From a virus (Duplodnaviria > Caudoviricetes): a stretch of DNA of 27,175 nucleotides. Of this stretch, positions 1 to 9,200 are shown one piece after another. Numbering within the stretch: the stretch's first letter is position 1; the number at the start of each line of letters is the position of its first letter. The stretch is from the IMG/VR virus record IMGVR_UViG_3300031689_000044, positions 1 through 27,175 of that record; one strand, 5' to 3'. A program made the translations under genes and the position numbers. The notes beneath the pieces are model-generated. The model was not told the DNA's origin, did no database searches, and saw only the letters and a program-made list of their open reading frames with translations.

Positions 1-2
1 AT

Positions 3-617
3 GCTATCATGCGTGACACAGGTAGTATCAAAGGTTACGTAGCTGTCAAAGGTAAAGGTAACTTCAGGTACGGTATCTCTGAGGACTACAAGGGTAACCG
101 TAGTAAGACACCTATGGATCCTAAGGTTAAGGAAAGACGGGAAGCAGTGACAGAGTACGCATGGGAGACTGGATGTTTTAAGTCTGATGATTGTGAAGCA
201 GATGACATTGTATCCATATGGGCACAAGAAGCTTATGAAGCTGGTGAGCACTACGTCATAGCACACATCGATAAAGACATTGATATGGTTCCGGGTTGGC
301 ACTACAACTTCAACAAGAAGACCCAGTACTTCATTGATGGTGACACAGGTCACTATAAGATGTGTATCCAGATGCTGACAGGTGACAGTACAGATAACAT
401 ACATGGACTTAAAGGTATCGGCCCTAAGAAGGCTGAGAAGATATTAAAAGACGTACCGACAAGCGACATGCTGGAGACCGTTGCCAACGCATGGCGTGAC
501 CATCATCCTCGTGAGTGGAAGGAGAAGCTTGAGACTTGCTGGAACCTACTGTACATGCGCAGGGACTGGAACGGGTTTAAGAGATTAACTATTGAAGAGG
601 TGTTTGCTGATGAGTAG
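3..617 (+). CDS. 5'-3' exonuclease / flap endonuclease (T7 gp6 / T5 D15-like), N-terminally truncated by window edge
   Basis: Motifs EADD, HIDKDIDM and LTGDSTDNIHGLKGIGPKKA (H3TH/helix-hairpin). Frame is open to the left edge (GCT ATC ATG), so the true start lies upstream. Confidence 0.9.
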   Translation, partial: AIMRDTGSIKGYVAVKGKGNFRYGISEDYKGNRSKTPMDPKVKERREAVTEYAWETGCFKSDDCEADDIVSIWAQEAYEAGEHYVIAHIDKDIDMVPGWHYNFNKKTQYFIDGDTGHYKMCIQMLTGDSTDNIHGLKGIGPKKAEKILKDVPTSDMLETVANAWRDHHPREWKEKLETCWNLLYMRRDWNGFKRLTIEEVFADE

Positions 618-909
618 GGTTAGCTGGAAGAGAGTAGGTGAGTCTGTGGAACTACATAAAATAAAGATAATCACGGTACATGATAAATCATGGCTGCATT
701 ACTACGAGTATGGTGTGGAGTCTTGGTACGATGATTGTGAAGGTGATACAATGCCATCTGAGTGGGGCTTCTGCCTACAGATGGAACCTATATCCGAGTC
801 CTTACGTTCTCTGCTTAAAGCAGCTGGTATGCGTGAGGATGATAGTTACAAGGGTGATTTAAATGAGTTTATTGAAATAGTGAAAAAGGATACTAATTAT
901 GATCGTTAA
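610..909 (+). CDS. Hypothetical phage protein (99 aa)
   Basis: ATG at 610 follows GAGGTG and overlaps the end of the exonuclease gene; fits tight gene packing. Confidence 0.7.
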   Translation: MSRVSWKRVGESVELHKIKIITVHDKSWLHYYEYGVESWYDDCEGDTMPSEWGFCLQMEPISESLRSLLKAAGMREDDSYKGDLNEFIEIVKKDTNYDR

Positions 910-1057
910 TATTGGAAGTTACAAAGTGGATGGTGTTGAGCTAGTAGTCTGGGAAGAGTGCCATACTGCATTCATGATGATGGAGAAGAGGATTGAGGAC
1001 TTGGAGCACATGGTTGTGGAGTTAAGTGGCGAAGTAGAAAGTGCGGCTATGTCATGA
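899..1057 (+). CDS. Small hypothetical protein (52 aa, MIVNIGSYKVDGVELVVWEECHTAFMMMEKRIEDLEHMVVELSGEVESAAMS), not in the ORF track
   Basis: AAGGA upstream of ATG 899. Fills the gap between genes exactly, and its stop overlaps the next start as ATGA (1054-1057). Confidence 0.7.
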   Translation: MIVNIGSYKVDGVELVVWEECHTAFMMMEKRIEDLEHMVVELSGEVESAAMS

Positions 1058-1539
1058 GTCTAGGACACTGGTCTTATGCTGGAGAACCATTCGAGGTTGA
1101 TGATTACTTCGGATTCGTGTACCTTATAACTGTGACTGTACCTGATGGAAACCCTATCAGATACATAGGTAAGAAGCAGTTCCACTCTTATAAGAAGACT
1201 AAACGAGACAAGGAGTCTAATTGGAAGAAGTACAGCAGTTCCTCTAAGCACATTAATGAACTCATAAAGGGTGGCTCTGAGCTTACCTTCGAGATCATTC
1301 AATTGTTTGCAACCAGAGGTGGACTATCAGCAGCAGAATGTAAAGTTCAATGGTACTTAGATGTACTTACGGAGAAATGTCCCGAAGGGATCCCCTTGTA
1401 CCTTAACAGACAGATAGGTGCAGTTAAATTCATACCTAAAGAAGCTATATCAGATGAAACTAAAGACAGACTCAACGAAATCTACAGAACCGGAAGAGTA
1501 CTTATCGAAGCCAAAGGAGAAGAAGCAGCAGAGACTTGA
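1054..1539 (+). CDS. GIY-YIG family endonuclease (free-standing, Seg-like)
   Basis: GFVYLIT...YIGKK motif, ESNWKKYSSSS, and conserved E (AAE) and YLN downstream. Confidence 0.8.
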   Translation: MSLGHWSYAGEPFEVDDYFGFVYLITVTVPDGNPIRYIGKKQFHSYKKTKRDKESNWKKYSSSSKHINELIKGGSELTFEIIQLFATRGGLSAAECKVQWYLDVLTEKCPEGIPLYLNRQIGAVKFIPKEAISDETKDRLNEIYRTGRVLIEAKGEEAAET

Positions 1540-1606
1540 TTACAAGATCAAAGCTAGCACCAGACGTATAGACACTAAGTCCTATAAAGAAGACAGGTGG
1601 AACTAA
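1454..1606 (+). CDS. Possible small basic protein (50 aa)
   Basis: Its stop forms a TAATG junction with the primase start and it bridges the 1540-1605 gap, but it overlaps the endonuclease by 86 nt and has no clear SD. Confidence 0.35.
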   Translation: MKLKTDSTKSTEPEEYLSKPKEKKQQRLDYKIKASTRRIDTKSYKEDRWN

Positions 1607-3231
1607 TGAGTGAATCATTCACCAAACACTATCCCTGCTTCAAGTGTGGGTCATCAGATGCAGTAGCCTTATGGTCCAATGGGCGAGGTAAGTGCTTTGC
1701 ATGTGACACACCTGCATTCTTAGATCAGTATGATGACACAGTTAAATCAAAGTTTAAACCAAGTAACCGACAACAGGATTATGATATGAGTGGCGAATCA
1801 CTCCAAGACATCAGTAACTACGACACAGCAGGTGTTCGTGAACGTAACCTAACCAAGACAGCATGTGCAGTGTATGATATGAAGGTGGCCTATGATGCCT
1901 CTGGAGCTATCACCACACACTACTACCCATACACAGTTAAAGGTAAGGTAGTTGCATGTAAGAAGCGTACACTACCCAAGGAGTTCCGAGTAGTTGGTGA
2001 GTTAAAGCATAAGGATCTTGAGTTATTCGGACAGTCTAAGTTCCAACCGGGTGGCCTGAAGGTGATCATAACTGAAGGTGAGTTAGATGCCATAGCAGTG
2101 CAGCAGTCTATGCTTAACAAGTATAAGCGTACGTACCCTGTGGTATCCCTACCATCCTCAAGTAACATGAAGATCCTTGTGGCTAACAGAGAATGGCTCA
2201 GGTCATTTAATGAAGTCATACTAATGTTTGATCAAGATGAGGCTGGTGATAAGGCAGTAGGTGAAGCAGCTAAGATCATTGGCTGGGATAAGACATTGGT
2301 GGCTACCCTAAGTGCCAATGACCCTTGTGATTCTACTCCCGAAGAAATCATGTCTTCTGTCTTCAATGCACGTAAGTATACACCTGCCTCCATCGTACGA
2401 GGTGAAGCTATCTGGGATGCATACATTGCACGTAAGGATGTGCAGTCAGTGCCATACCCCAAGTGTCTCCAAGGACTCAATGATAAGCTTGACGGTATGC
2501 GTAAGGGTGAGATTGTACTGTTCACATCAGGTACTGGCTCAGGTAAGTCAACAATGATCAAAGAGATTGTACTGGAGATCGAGGAACAGACCGAGGACAG
2601 CATTGGTATGGTATCTCTCGAGGAGTCCATAGGGGATTCTGCAGAGAAGTTCATTAAGATGTTTGCACCTAAGGACCCTACTCCTGATCAAGAACGTAAG
2701 GCTTACGAGAAGGTCTTTGGTAATGAAAGATTGATACTACTTGACCACAACGGTGCAGTCTCTGACTCCAGTCTAATCGACCAGATCGAGAACTTGTGTC
2801 TGTTAGGTTGTGAGTATATAATCTTAGACCATATCACAATAGCAGTATCTGAAGGAGCCGGAGGTAAGACTGGTAACGAAGCTATCGATGCAATAATGTC
2901 TGATCTACTTAAGGTAGTTAAGAAGCATAATGTATGGCTAGGTTTGATCAGTCACCTGAGGAAGTCTCAGAATGGTAAATCATTTGAAGAGGGTTACCTA
3001 TCCTCCATAGATGACATAAAGGGTTCAGGCTCGATCAAACAGATCAGCTTTGATATAATTACATTCTCACGCAACTTAGTGGCAGAAGATGAAGATGAAC
3101 GGAATACAATTAAACTCAGAGTACTTAAGTCCAGATTTACAGGACGCACTGGAGACTGTGGTTCAGCATACTATGACACAGGAACAGGAAGACTCAAGGG
3201 ACAAGAGGACTTCCTCGACTACACTGGATAA
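1606..3231 (+). CDS. DNA primase-helicase (T7 gp4-like)
   Basis: Zn ribbon CFKCGSSDA...CFAC; TOPRIM ITEGELDA and FDQDEAG; Walker A GTGSGKS; ILDHI, HLRK, DIKGSGSIKQ and KSRFTG. AGGTGG precedes ATG 1606. Confidence 0.97.
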   Translation: MSESFTKHYPCFKCGSSDAVALWSNGRGKCFACDTPAFLDQYDDTVKSKFKPSNRQQDYDMSGESLQDISNYDTAGVRERNLTKTACAVYDMKVAYDASGAITTHYYPYTVKGKVVACKKRTLPKEFRVVGELKHKDLELFGQSKFQPGGLKVIITEGELDAIAVQQSMLNKYKRTYPVVSLPSSSNMKILVANREWLRSFNEVILMFDQDEAGDKAVGEAAKIIGWDKTLVATLSANDPCDSTPEEIMSSVFNARKYTPASIVRGEAIWDAYIARKDVQSVPYPKCLQGLNDKLDGMRKGEIVLFTSGTGSGKSTMIKEIVLEIEEQTEDSIGMVSLEESIGDSAEKFIKMFAPKDPTPDQERKAYEKVFGNERLILLDHNGAVSDSSLIDQIENLCLLGCEYIILDHITIAVSEGAGGKTGNEAIDAIMSDLLKVVKKHNVWLGLISHLRKSQNGKSFEEGYLSSIDDIKGSGSIKQISFDIITFSRNLVAEDEDERNTIKLRVLKSRFTGRTGDCGSAYYDTGTGRLKGQEDFLDYTG

Positions 3232-5335
3232 CTCCGCTGGTATAGTCAGCATCACGGAGTACATAAAAGAAAGATGTGAGGGTAATACCTTCCGTGGTAG
3301 ACCTCCAGAGGGAGCCAGACTGGTGTCTTCAATGATACCTTATGGCTATACTTACGAGAAGCTAACTGTAAGGGCCGTAGCAGGGGCTGTGGCAGCTTAT
3401 CAGAAGTCCCGAAGGTCATCATCAGCACCCTTTAAACTAACCGTTACATCGACTGTGATAGGCTTACAGGTGCTGTCTGCTTTAGGCGTACTAAACACTA
3501 ACCATCAGGAGATCTTAGCTGTTGGTGATCTATACTTAGAAGCACTACTTCAACTGGGTTATATACACATTGAAAGAGAGTACTCAGGGTACAGAGCACC
3601 TTACATAATTCAACTAATGGACACATGGTCGGAGCTTGGAGATCTCCCACCTGAGTACGAGAGGGAGACACTGATTGGTACCTCCTTCACACCACCTAAG
3701 GACATAACATCACTACGTAATGAGTTCACCAAACGTCCATACATAAAGCGCATGAGTTCAGAGGAGGACTTTAAGCAGCTTATAGGAGCACCATTTATCA
3801 CTGCTCTTAACAAGCTACAACAAACACCTTGGAGACTTAACAACACACTAGCCAAAGCCTTAGAGACTAACCTCGGATTGTTCATAGATCTTGAGGACCA
3901 GTCAATCAAAGCTAAGTCAAAGGCTATTGAGATGAAGTTTGTCATTGCAAAGATACATGCGGTAGGGTCTCACGACTTCTACCAAATGGTTGAGTGTGAC
4001 TACCGAGGTCGTGTGTACTACACTGAACCCTTCTTGAACTTCCAAGGGTCTGATGTATCTAAAGGACTCTTTGAGTTTGCAGATTCTAAGGCTATGGACA
4101 CTGCAGGGTACCGATGGTTATGTATACACACAGCTTGTTCCTATAACCAATCATATGAACTAGAGGAACTACCAACATGGGTAACAGCGGACTATCGAAC
4201 CTATCTGCAAGAAGAAGGGCTCTCTACCATATCAGTAGACAAGATGACCTTAAAGGACCGAGAACTGTGGACCCTAAACAACCTCGACTGGATCAACCAA
4301 TTAGCGGATGGCTTGAGCTTCAGAACAGAAGCAGAAAAGCCCGTTAGTTTCCTTGCATGTTGCTTGGACGTCAGTGGGTATAACAAAGCTAGGGCTAATC
4401 GTACTGTACATATGAGTCGATTACCTATACCTGTTGATGGGAGTAACAATGGATGGCAACATCTGGCAGCTATATCTAAAGACAAACAAGCTGGTGAACT
4501 GGTTTCTCTCGTACCTAGTGAGATACAGAAGGACTTCTATGTCCAAGTTGCCAAGCGTCTGATAGACAGGATGCCTGACTGGTTTAATGAACGTAAGATC
4601 CCAATGAAAGCTATCCGTAAAGGTATAGCAAAGCGTGGCTCTATGACAAGGGCATACTCAGCAGGTCAGAAGAAGATTGGTGCTAATATGTACTATGACT
4701 GCAAGGTAGAAGGCTATGACAAGAAGTACAATATCACTGAAGATGACTGTACCCCTCTGTCAAAGCAACTTATACTTGCTATCAACGACACCTGCGTAGG
4801 CCCCTTAAAGACCATGAAGTTTATTCAGAAGATGACAGACCACATACTCTCAACAGGTGAGACATGTACACAGTGGACAACTCCCTCGGGATTCCCAGTG
4901 TTATATGAGGTGTGGCGTCAGAAGAACATCACAGTACGCAGTACCATACGTGGTCTTGGGCAGATAGGTCACAGCATTAAGGTACCATACATCACACCTA
5001 GTGGTGACTTGATACCATGCAGGAGATCATTTGCATCTGGATGTAGCCCTAACTTCGTTCACTCAATGGACGCAGCTCACATGGCTAAAGTTATCCAGAG
5101 CTTTGATGGAGACTTCGGTGCTATACATGATTCATTCTCGACTCATGCATGTGATGTAAATAAACTAATAGACCACACCAAGTGGCAGTTCGCTATGATC
5201 TACAACAGTGAGAACTTCTTCACAGTCATAGAGAACATGCTACTAGAAACCCGAGAGGGTTACACACTTAAACAACCAGAGCTGGGAACCTTAGATATAT
5301 CTGAGATCCTGTCGTCTGATTACTTCTTTTGTTAA
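3173..5335 (+). CDS. Single-subunit DNA-directed RNA polymerase, T7/T3 family (short, about 720 aa; start uncertain, ORF open from 3089)
   Basis: DYRGRVY, motif A PVDGSNNGWQH, motif B RKGIAKRGSMTRAY, WTTPSGFPV, PNFVHSMDAAH, motif C IHDSF, and C-terminal DYFFC (compare T7 DFAFA). Confidence 0.97.
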   Translation: MTQEQEDSRDKRTSSTTLDNSAGIVSITEYIKERCEGNTFRGRPPEGARLVSSMIPYGYTYEKLTVRAVAGAVAAYQKSRRSSSAPFKLTVTSTVIGLQVLSALGVLNTNHQEILAVGDLYLEALLQLGYIHIEREYSGYRAPYIIQLMDTWSELGDLPPEYERETLIGTSFTPPKDITSLRNEFTKRPYIKRMSSEEDFKQLIGAPFITALNKLQQTPWRLNNTLAKALETNLGLFIDLEDQSIKAKSKAIEMKFVIAKIHAVGSHDFYQMVECDYRGRVYYTEPFLNFQGSDVSKGLFEFADSKAMDTAGYRWLCIHTACSYNQSYELEELPTWVTADYRTYLQEEGLSTISVDKMTLKDRELWTLNNLDWINQLADGLSFRTEAEKPVSFLACCLDVSGYNKARANRTVHMSRLPIPVDGSNNGWQHLAAISKDKQAGELVSLVPSEIQKDFYVQVAKRLIDRMPDWFNERKIPMKAIRKGIAKRGSMTRAYSAGQKKIGANMYYDCKVEGYDKKYNITEDDCTPLSKQLILAINDTCVGPLKTMKFIQKMTDHILSTGETCTQWTTPSGFPVLYEVWRQKNITVRSTIRGLGQIGHSIKVPYITPSGDLIPCRRSFASGCSPNFVHSMDAAHMAKVIQSFDGDFGAIHDSFSTHACDVNKLIDHTKWQFAMIYNSENFFTVIENMLLETREGYTLKQPELGTLDISEILSSDYFFC

Positions 5336-5345
5336 GGAAACTAAT

Positions 5346-5543
5346 ATGAACAATGTAACACAATTCCCAGACAAGTACGTGGCAGAGAACAACATGCTGC
5401 AAGACTTAAACAACCTAATAGCCAAATACAATGGTGAGATGACCAATGTGGCAATGCTGGGGTGCTTACAGGCATCTTCTAACTTTGTCTTCCTGTCTAT
5501 TGCAGAGTCAGCTATCTATGACGAGGACGAAGCAGATGTATAA
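5346..5543 (+). CDS. Hypothetical protein (65 aa)
   Basis: TAAGGA SD before ATG; overlaps the next start. Confidence 0.75.
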   Translation: MNNVTQFPDKYVAENNMLQDLNNLIAKYNGEMTNVAMLGCLQASSNFVFLSIAESAIYDEDEADV

Positions 5544-5868
5544 TATCTTTGAAGAACTGGAAGAGAAAGTAATTGACTGGGCTCACATCAAAGGGATCCT
5601 TGGGGATCTCGTTGGTGATCATGACCTGAGGGAACGTAAGTTGAAACAACTAGGTAAGTTTGAAGAGGAGTCTGTGGAGTTCATGGAAGCAGTGTACTCT
5701 AAGGACATTGATAAGGTACGTGATGAACTTGGTGATGTGTTAGTCACCCTGACAGTTCAGGCAAACCTTTGGGGTCTGTCACTCACAGAGTGTATGGACG
5801 AAGCATATAATAAAATAGCTGTACGAACAGGTCGTATGGTAGACGGAGTATTTGTAAAAGATGAGTAA
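5536..5868 (+). CDS. MazG-like nucleotide pyrophosphohydrolase (110 aa)
   Basis: KFEEESVEF...DELGDVLVTL acidic motif and AYNKIAVRTGRMVDGVFVKD tail typical of phage MazG-like proteins. GAGGA precedes ATG 5536. Confidence 0.85.
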   Translation: MYNIFEELEEKVIDWAHIKGILGDLVGDHDLRERKLKQLGKFEEESVEFMEAVYSKDIDKVRDELGDVLVTLTVQANLWGLSLTECMDEAYNKIAVRTGRMVDGVFVKDE

Positions 5869-6115
5869 TGATAAAGTATCACACAATATAGTACCCGGTA
5901 TTGACGACATGGAGTACGTTGAGATGTTTAATCTTGACCCTAAACTTGCGTATACACCGGAGATCAATGAAGCTATCCTGAGTAAAGTATGGGATAACAA
6001 CTATGCAGGTGCAGTTGCTGAAGGTCTCTCAGAGGCAGAAGCTATGGCTCATGCTGAGGCTCAACGAGTATCAGGACGAATGACAGTAGCTAAGGCTATT
6101 GAAGACAAGCAATAA
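5861..6115 (+). CDS. Hypothetical protein (84 aa)
   Basis: Overlaps the MazG-like stop; last gene before the terminators. Confidence 0.7.
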   Translation: MSNDKVSHNIVPGIDDMEYVEMFNLDPKLAYTPEINEAILSKVWDNNYAGAVAEGLSEAEAMAHAEAQRVSGRMTVAKAIEDKQ

Positions 6116-6152
6116 AATAACCCCCAAGTATACGTAATGTATACCTGAGGGT
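6111..6152 (-). terminator. Intrinsic terminator for the minus-strand virion operon
   Basis: Minus strand reads ACCCTCAGGTATAC-ATTAC-GTATACTTGGGGGT-TATTTTATT. The 14-bp stem has two non-Watson-Crick pairs that are G-U wobbles only on this strand, followed by a U-rich tail. Confidence 0.75.
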
Positions 6153-6155
6153 AAC

Positions 6156-6201
6156 GCCCCCTTGGTATCCTTAATTGGATTCCTTGGGGGCTTTCTTTTT
6201 T
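6156..6201 (+). terminator. Intrinsic terminator for the plus-strand replication operon
   Basis: GCCCCCTTGGTATCC-TTAATT-GGATTCCTTGGGGGC (stem with three U-U mismatches) followed by TTTCTTTTTT. Confidence 0.75.
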
Positions 6202-6218
6202 ATTATCTATTGTTATGT

Positions 6219-9200
6219 TTAATCAGCTTCACGTAGTGAATCCAACGTATACTGATGTACATCCTTAGCATTAGCTCTGATCTTCTTACGACCTTCCTTT
6301 GCATGTAACCGAAGTGCCTCAAAGTTATTCGCAAGGTTCTTAACACCAGAGTCGTTAAAGACTGCAAGTGCTAGCTGGTACAACTCCTTGTTTGTAATGT
6401 ACGCCCAAGGTGCATCCCCGTACTGACTTGATTTCTTATCAAGCATAGACAAATATGCAGCAGCCCTATCAGCAAGTTTAGGATGGTAAATAGAAGTAAG
6501 ACTACTCATACCACCCATCTCACTATAAACATACTTGGCATGGTTAGGGTCTGCAGGAGATCCCGAAGGGTTACCTTCTGCCAATGCACGTAGGTTCGCA
6601 AGGCCTCTGTGAGTCGCCTCACGGATACCCTTCTGCATCTCACCTATGAGGTCATAGTTTAATGTTGTATCTAACCAAGCATCGTTTATAGCCTTATACG
6701 CAGACCTGAATGAACCTGCATCTGTAATGATCTCGTCATAGACAGGTATGAGGTAAGGGTTTCTTCCATTCTGGGAAGCACGAAGCTTCTGAAGGGACTT
6801 GCCAGTGACTAAGGCAACAATAGATGCAGCATCAAAACCAATAGTGGTCTGAGCTAACACACCCTGACTGGCACCTAAACCTGCAACACCACTCTTCTCG
6901 TACAAGGCTGATGTATCTGACTCATACGTTGATGTAACAGTAGACTTACTGGTTCCACCTTCACTGATATAGATACCGTCATTACCTGCTACAAACTTCT
7001 TCTTGTTAGCAACATCAAAGAACTGCCCTTTCTCATTCTTCCTACGAGTACGAGTTACAGCAGCAGACGCTAACTTAGCCTCAGTCATAACAGTACCACT
7101 GACAGACGTTTGTTGACCTGTTGGTTGTGTGTAGATGATAGGTTCATTAACAAACCCAGTGACCTTAACATAATTCTTAAGCATATTAACATAGTTAACA
7201 ACATCAGAACCTACAGTAGCCACCAGATTACCCATAAGAGCATTATTAAGAATCTTTATTGCCCTGTCAGTGCCTAGTTCACCAGCGATAAGTGCTATCT
7301 CTGAGTTAGGGTTTGAGATAACTGCCTTAACAGCATACGCTTTCATGCTCTTTAAGTCTTGACCATAAACAAAAGTCATAAGAGGGGGCTTAAGGAAGTT
7401 CGCCTTATCCTCAGTGGCTAACTTAATCAATCTTGTGATCTTCATTGCATCCTCAGGACTAGATTTACCTATTTCAGAGACAGGGTTTGTCAATAAGTTG
7501 TACTTAAGTAAGTCACGAGGGTCACCGGTAAGACCTTCAAACTCAGCCAATATCCTTGGGGATCCTTTAGGTCTATACACACCAACACGAGGCATCATAT
7601 GTTCCTGACCTAACTGAGCCATAAGGCCTGCAAGTCCGTTAGCAATACCATCTTGCGCAACCATACGCATCTGAGTTGTGTACGGCTTACCAGACCTATA
7701 GGATTGCATATAACGTGCAAGCTCTGTGGTGGCTTCTAAGACGTTAATGAACTCATCAGGATGTGCTTTAGCATTGGCATCAATGAAGTCCCTAGTGGCC
7801 TGTGAAAGGTCAGCTAAGGTTGCTTTGAAGTCTTCAAGCTCTGCATTACGAATTAAGTTATCAACACCCATCACACCCTGAGGTGTGGCCTCAAGTTGCT
7901 TAAGGTCTCTTATAGCATTAGCATCTTCAAATGCCAGTAACCAATGCCCAACCTCAACACCTATGGCCTCAAGGGATTTAAGCTCAGGGTCATTACCAGA
8001 CTGCATACGTTTGACTGTATCACGGTACACCACATCAGGCTTCAAACCACCTACCTTAAGCAGGAAAGAAGCTATAGATACAACGACACCATAGTCTTCA
8101 TCTGTATTAGACATGGGCCTGATACTGTAAAGATGTGGTGAGCCAAGTACCTGACGTACCATCTTGTGGTTCTGAGGGCTTATCTGATACTGATGCATAG
8201 TGATACGTGTATTACCCAACTGTCGTTGAAAGGTAAAGCCTATCTGGTCATTCTTGTAGTGAGCTAACGCATTAAGAACTTCCAGTTGGTTAGTAGCATG
8301 TTTCTTATACATACCATTCTGCCACTCAGGAGTCCTTGCAAGCTCTAAGAAATCAGACAGAACATTGACATCCATTATCAATAGCATATTATCAGTATCG
8401 TTACCAGAGTATCTCTGTGCAGCTGCAAGCTTCTTCTTTGCTTCGTTGAGTTGATACTCAATCTCTACAGGTATGTTACGTATCTTATCAATACGCTTAT
8501 GCCCAACATCAAAGAAGTCTGATACAAAGGTAAGGTGGTTGTTAGCTGAGCCTTCAGTAAGATCTACAGAGGATGCTTCCTCTAATGCAGATATACCAAA
8601 GCCAAACGCAGCCTTACCCCGTATACCACCAACAACACTCTTAACATTAGAGTAGAACTTGATTGCATCAGTGATAACATCAACCTGACCCATGTCATAC
8701 TGAGACCCAGTTGTCTTCTTGGTACGTGTACTTGAAGCGTACTGTGGCTGACCAGCCTTAGAAGTCTCCCCAATAATCGGAGGTACTCTGAACTTAGGTG
8801 TGGATACCTGACTGCTCCGTAACTGCAATGCCTTACGACCTGTAGGTGTTAGGTTGTAAACTATAGGTTGGGCCTGACCAAAGGCCATGTCACCAACAGC
8901 ATCAATGTAGGATGGGTTGGCTTCTTTATAAGCATGTAGTGCATTGAAACCTATGAGTTGATTAGCTTCTCTTGAGAACCTCTTAAACAACTTAGGGTTA
9001 ACTTGAGTATCCATGCCACCTGCACGTACCTGACGGAAACCCTGCCATGCATCAGACACAGACCTACCTATGTCAGTAACAGTCCTCGACTGACTATCAT
9101 TTGCAGCGTCCAGTATACCAATCTGCTTCATAATATCTTCAGACAGTGTGTCAATAACACCTTGTGGTACAAAGGAACCACTGTTGTCAAGCATGGCTTC

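Noticed and set aside
1060-4485. Minus-strand ORFs (1060-1302, 1923-2219, 2232-2654, 3610-3945, 4201-4485)
   Set aside because: They are antisense shadows of genes with clear motifs; no SD or recognisable domains.
5446-5535. Longer GTG start for the MazG-like ORF
   Set aside because: It overlaps the 65-aa gene; ATG 5536 has the SD and matches the family length.
6111-6201. N4-type hairpin promoter or tRNA/ncRNA
   Set aside because: Located at converging 3' ends with U-tracts, long stems and no cloverleaf; terminators explain it.
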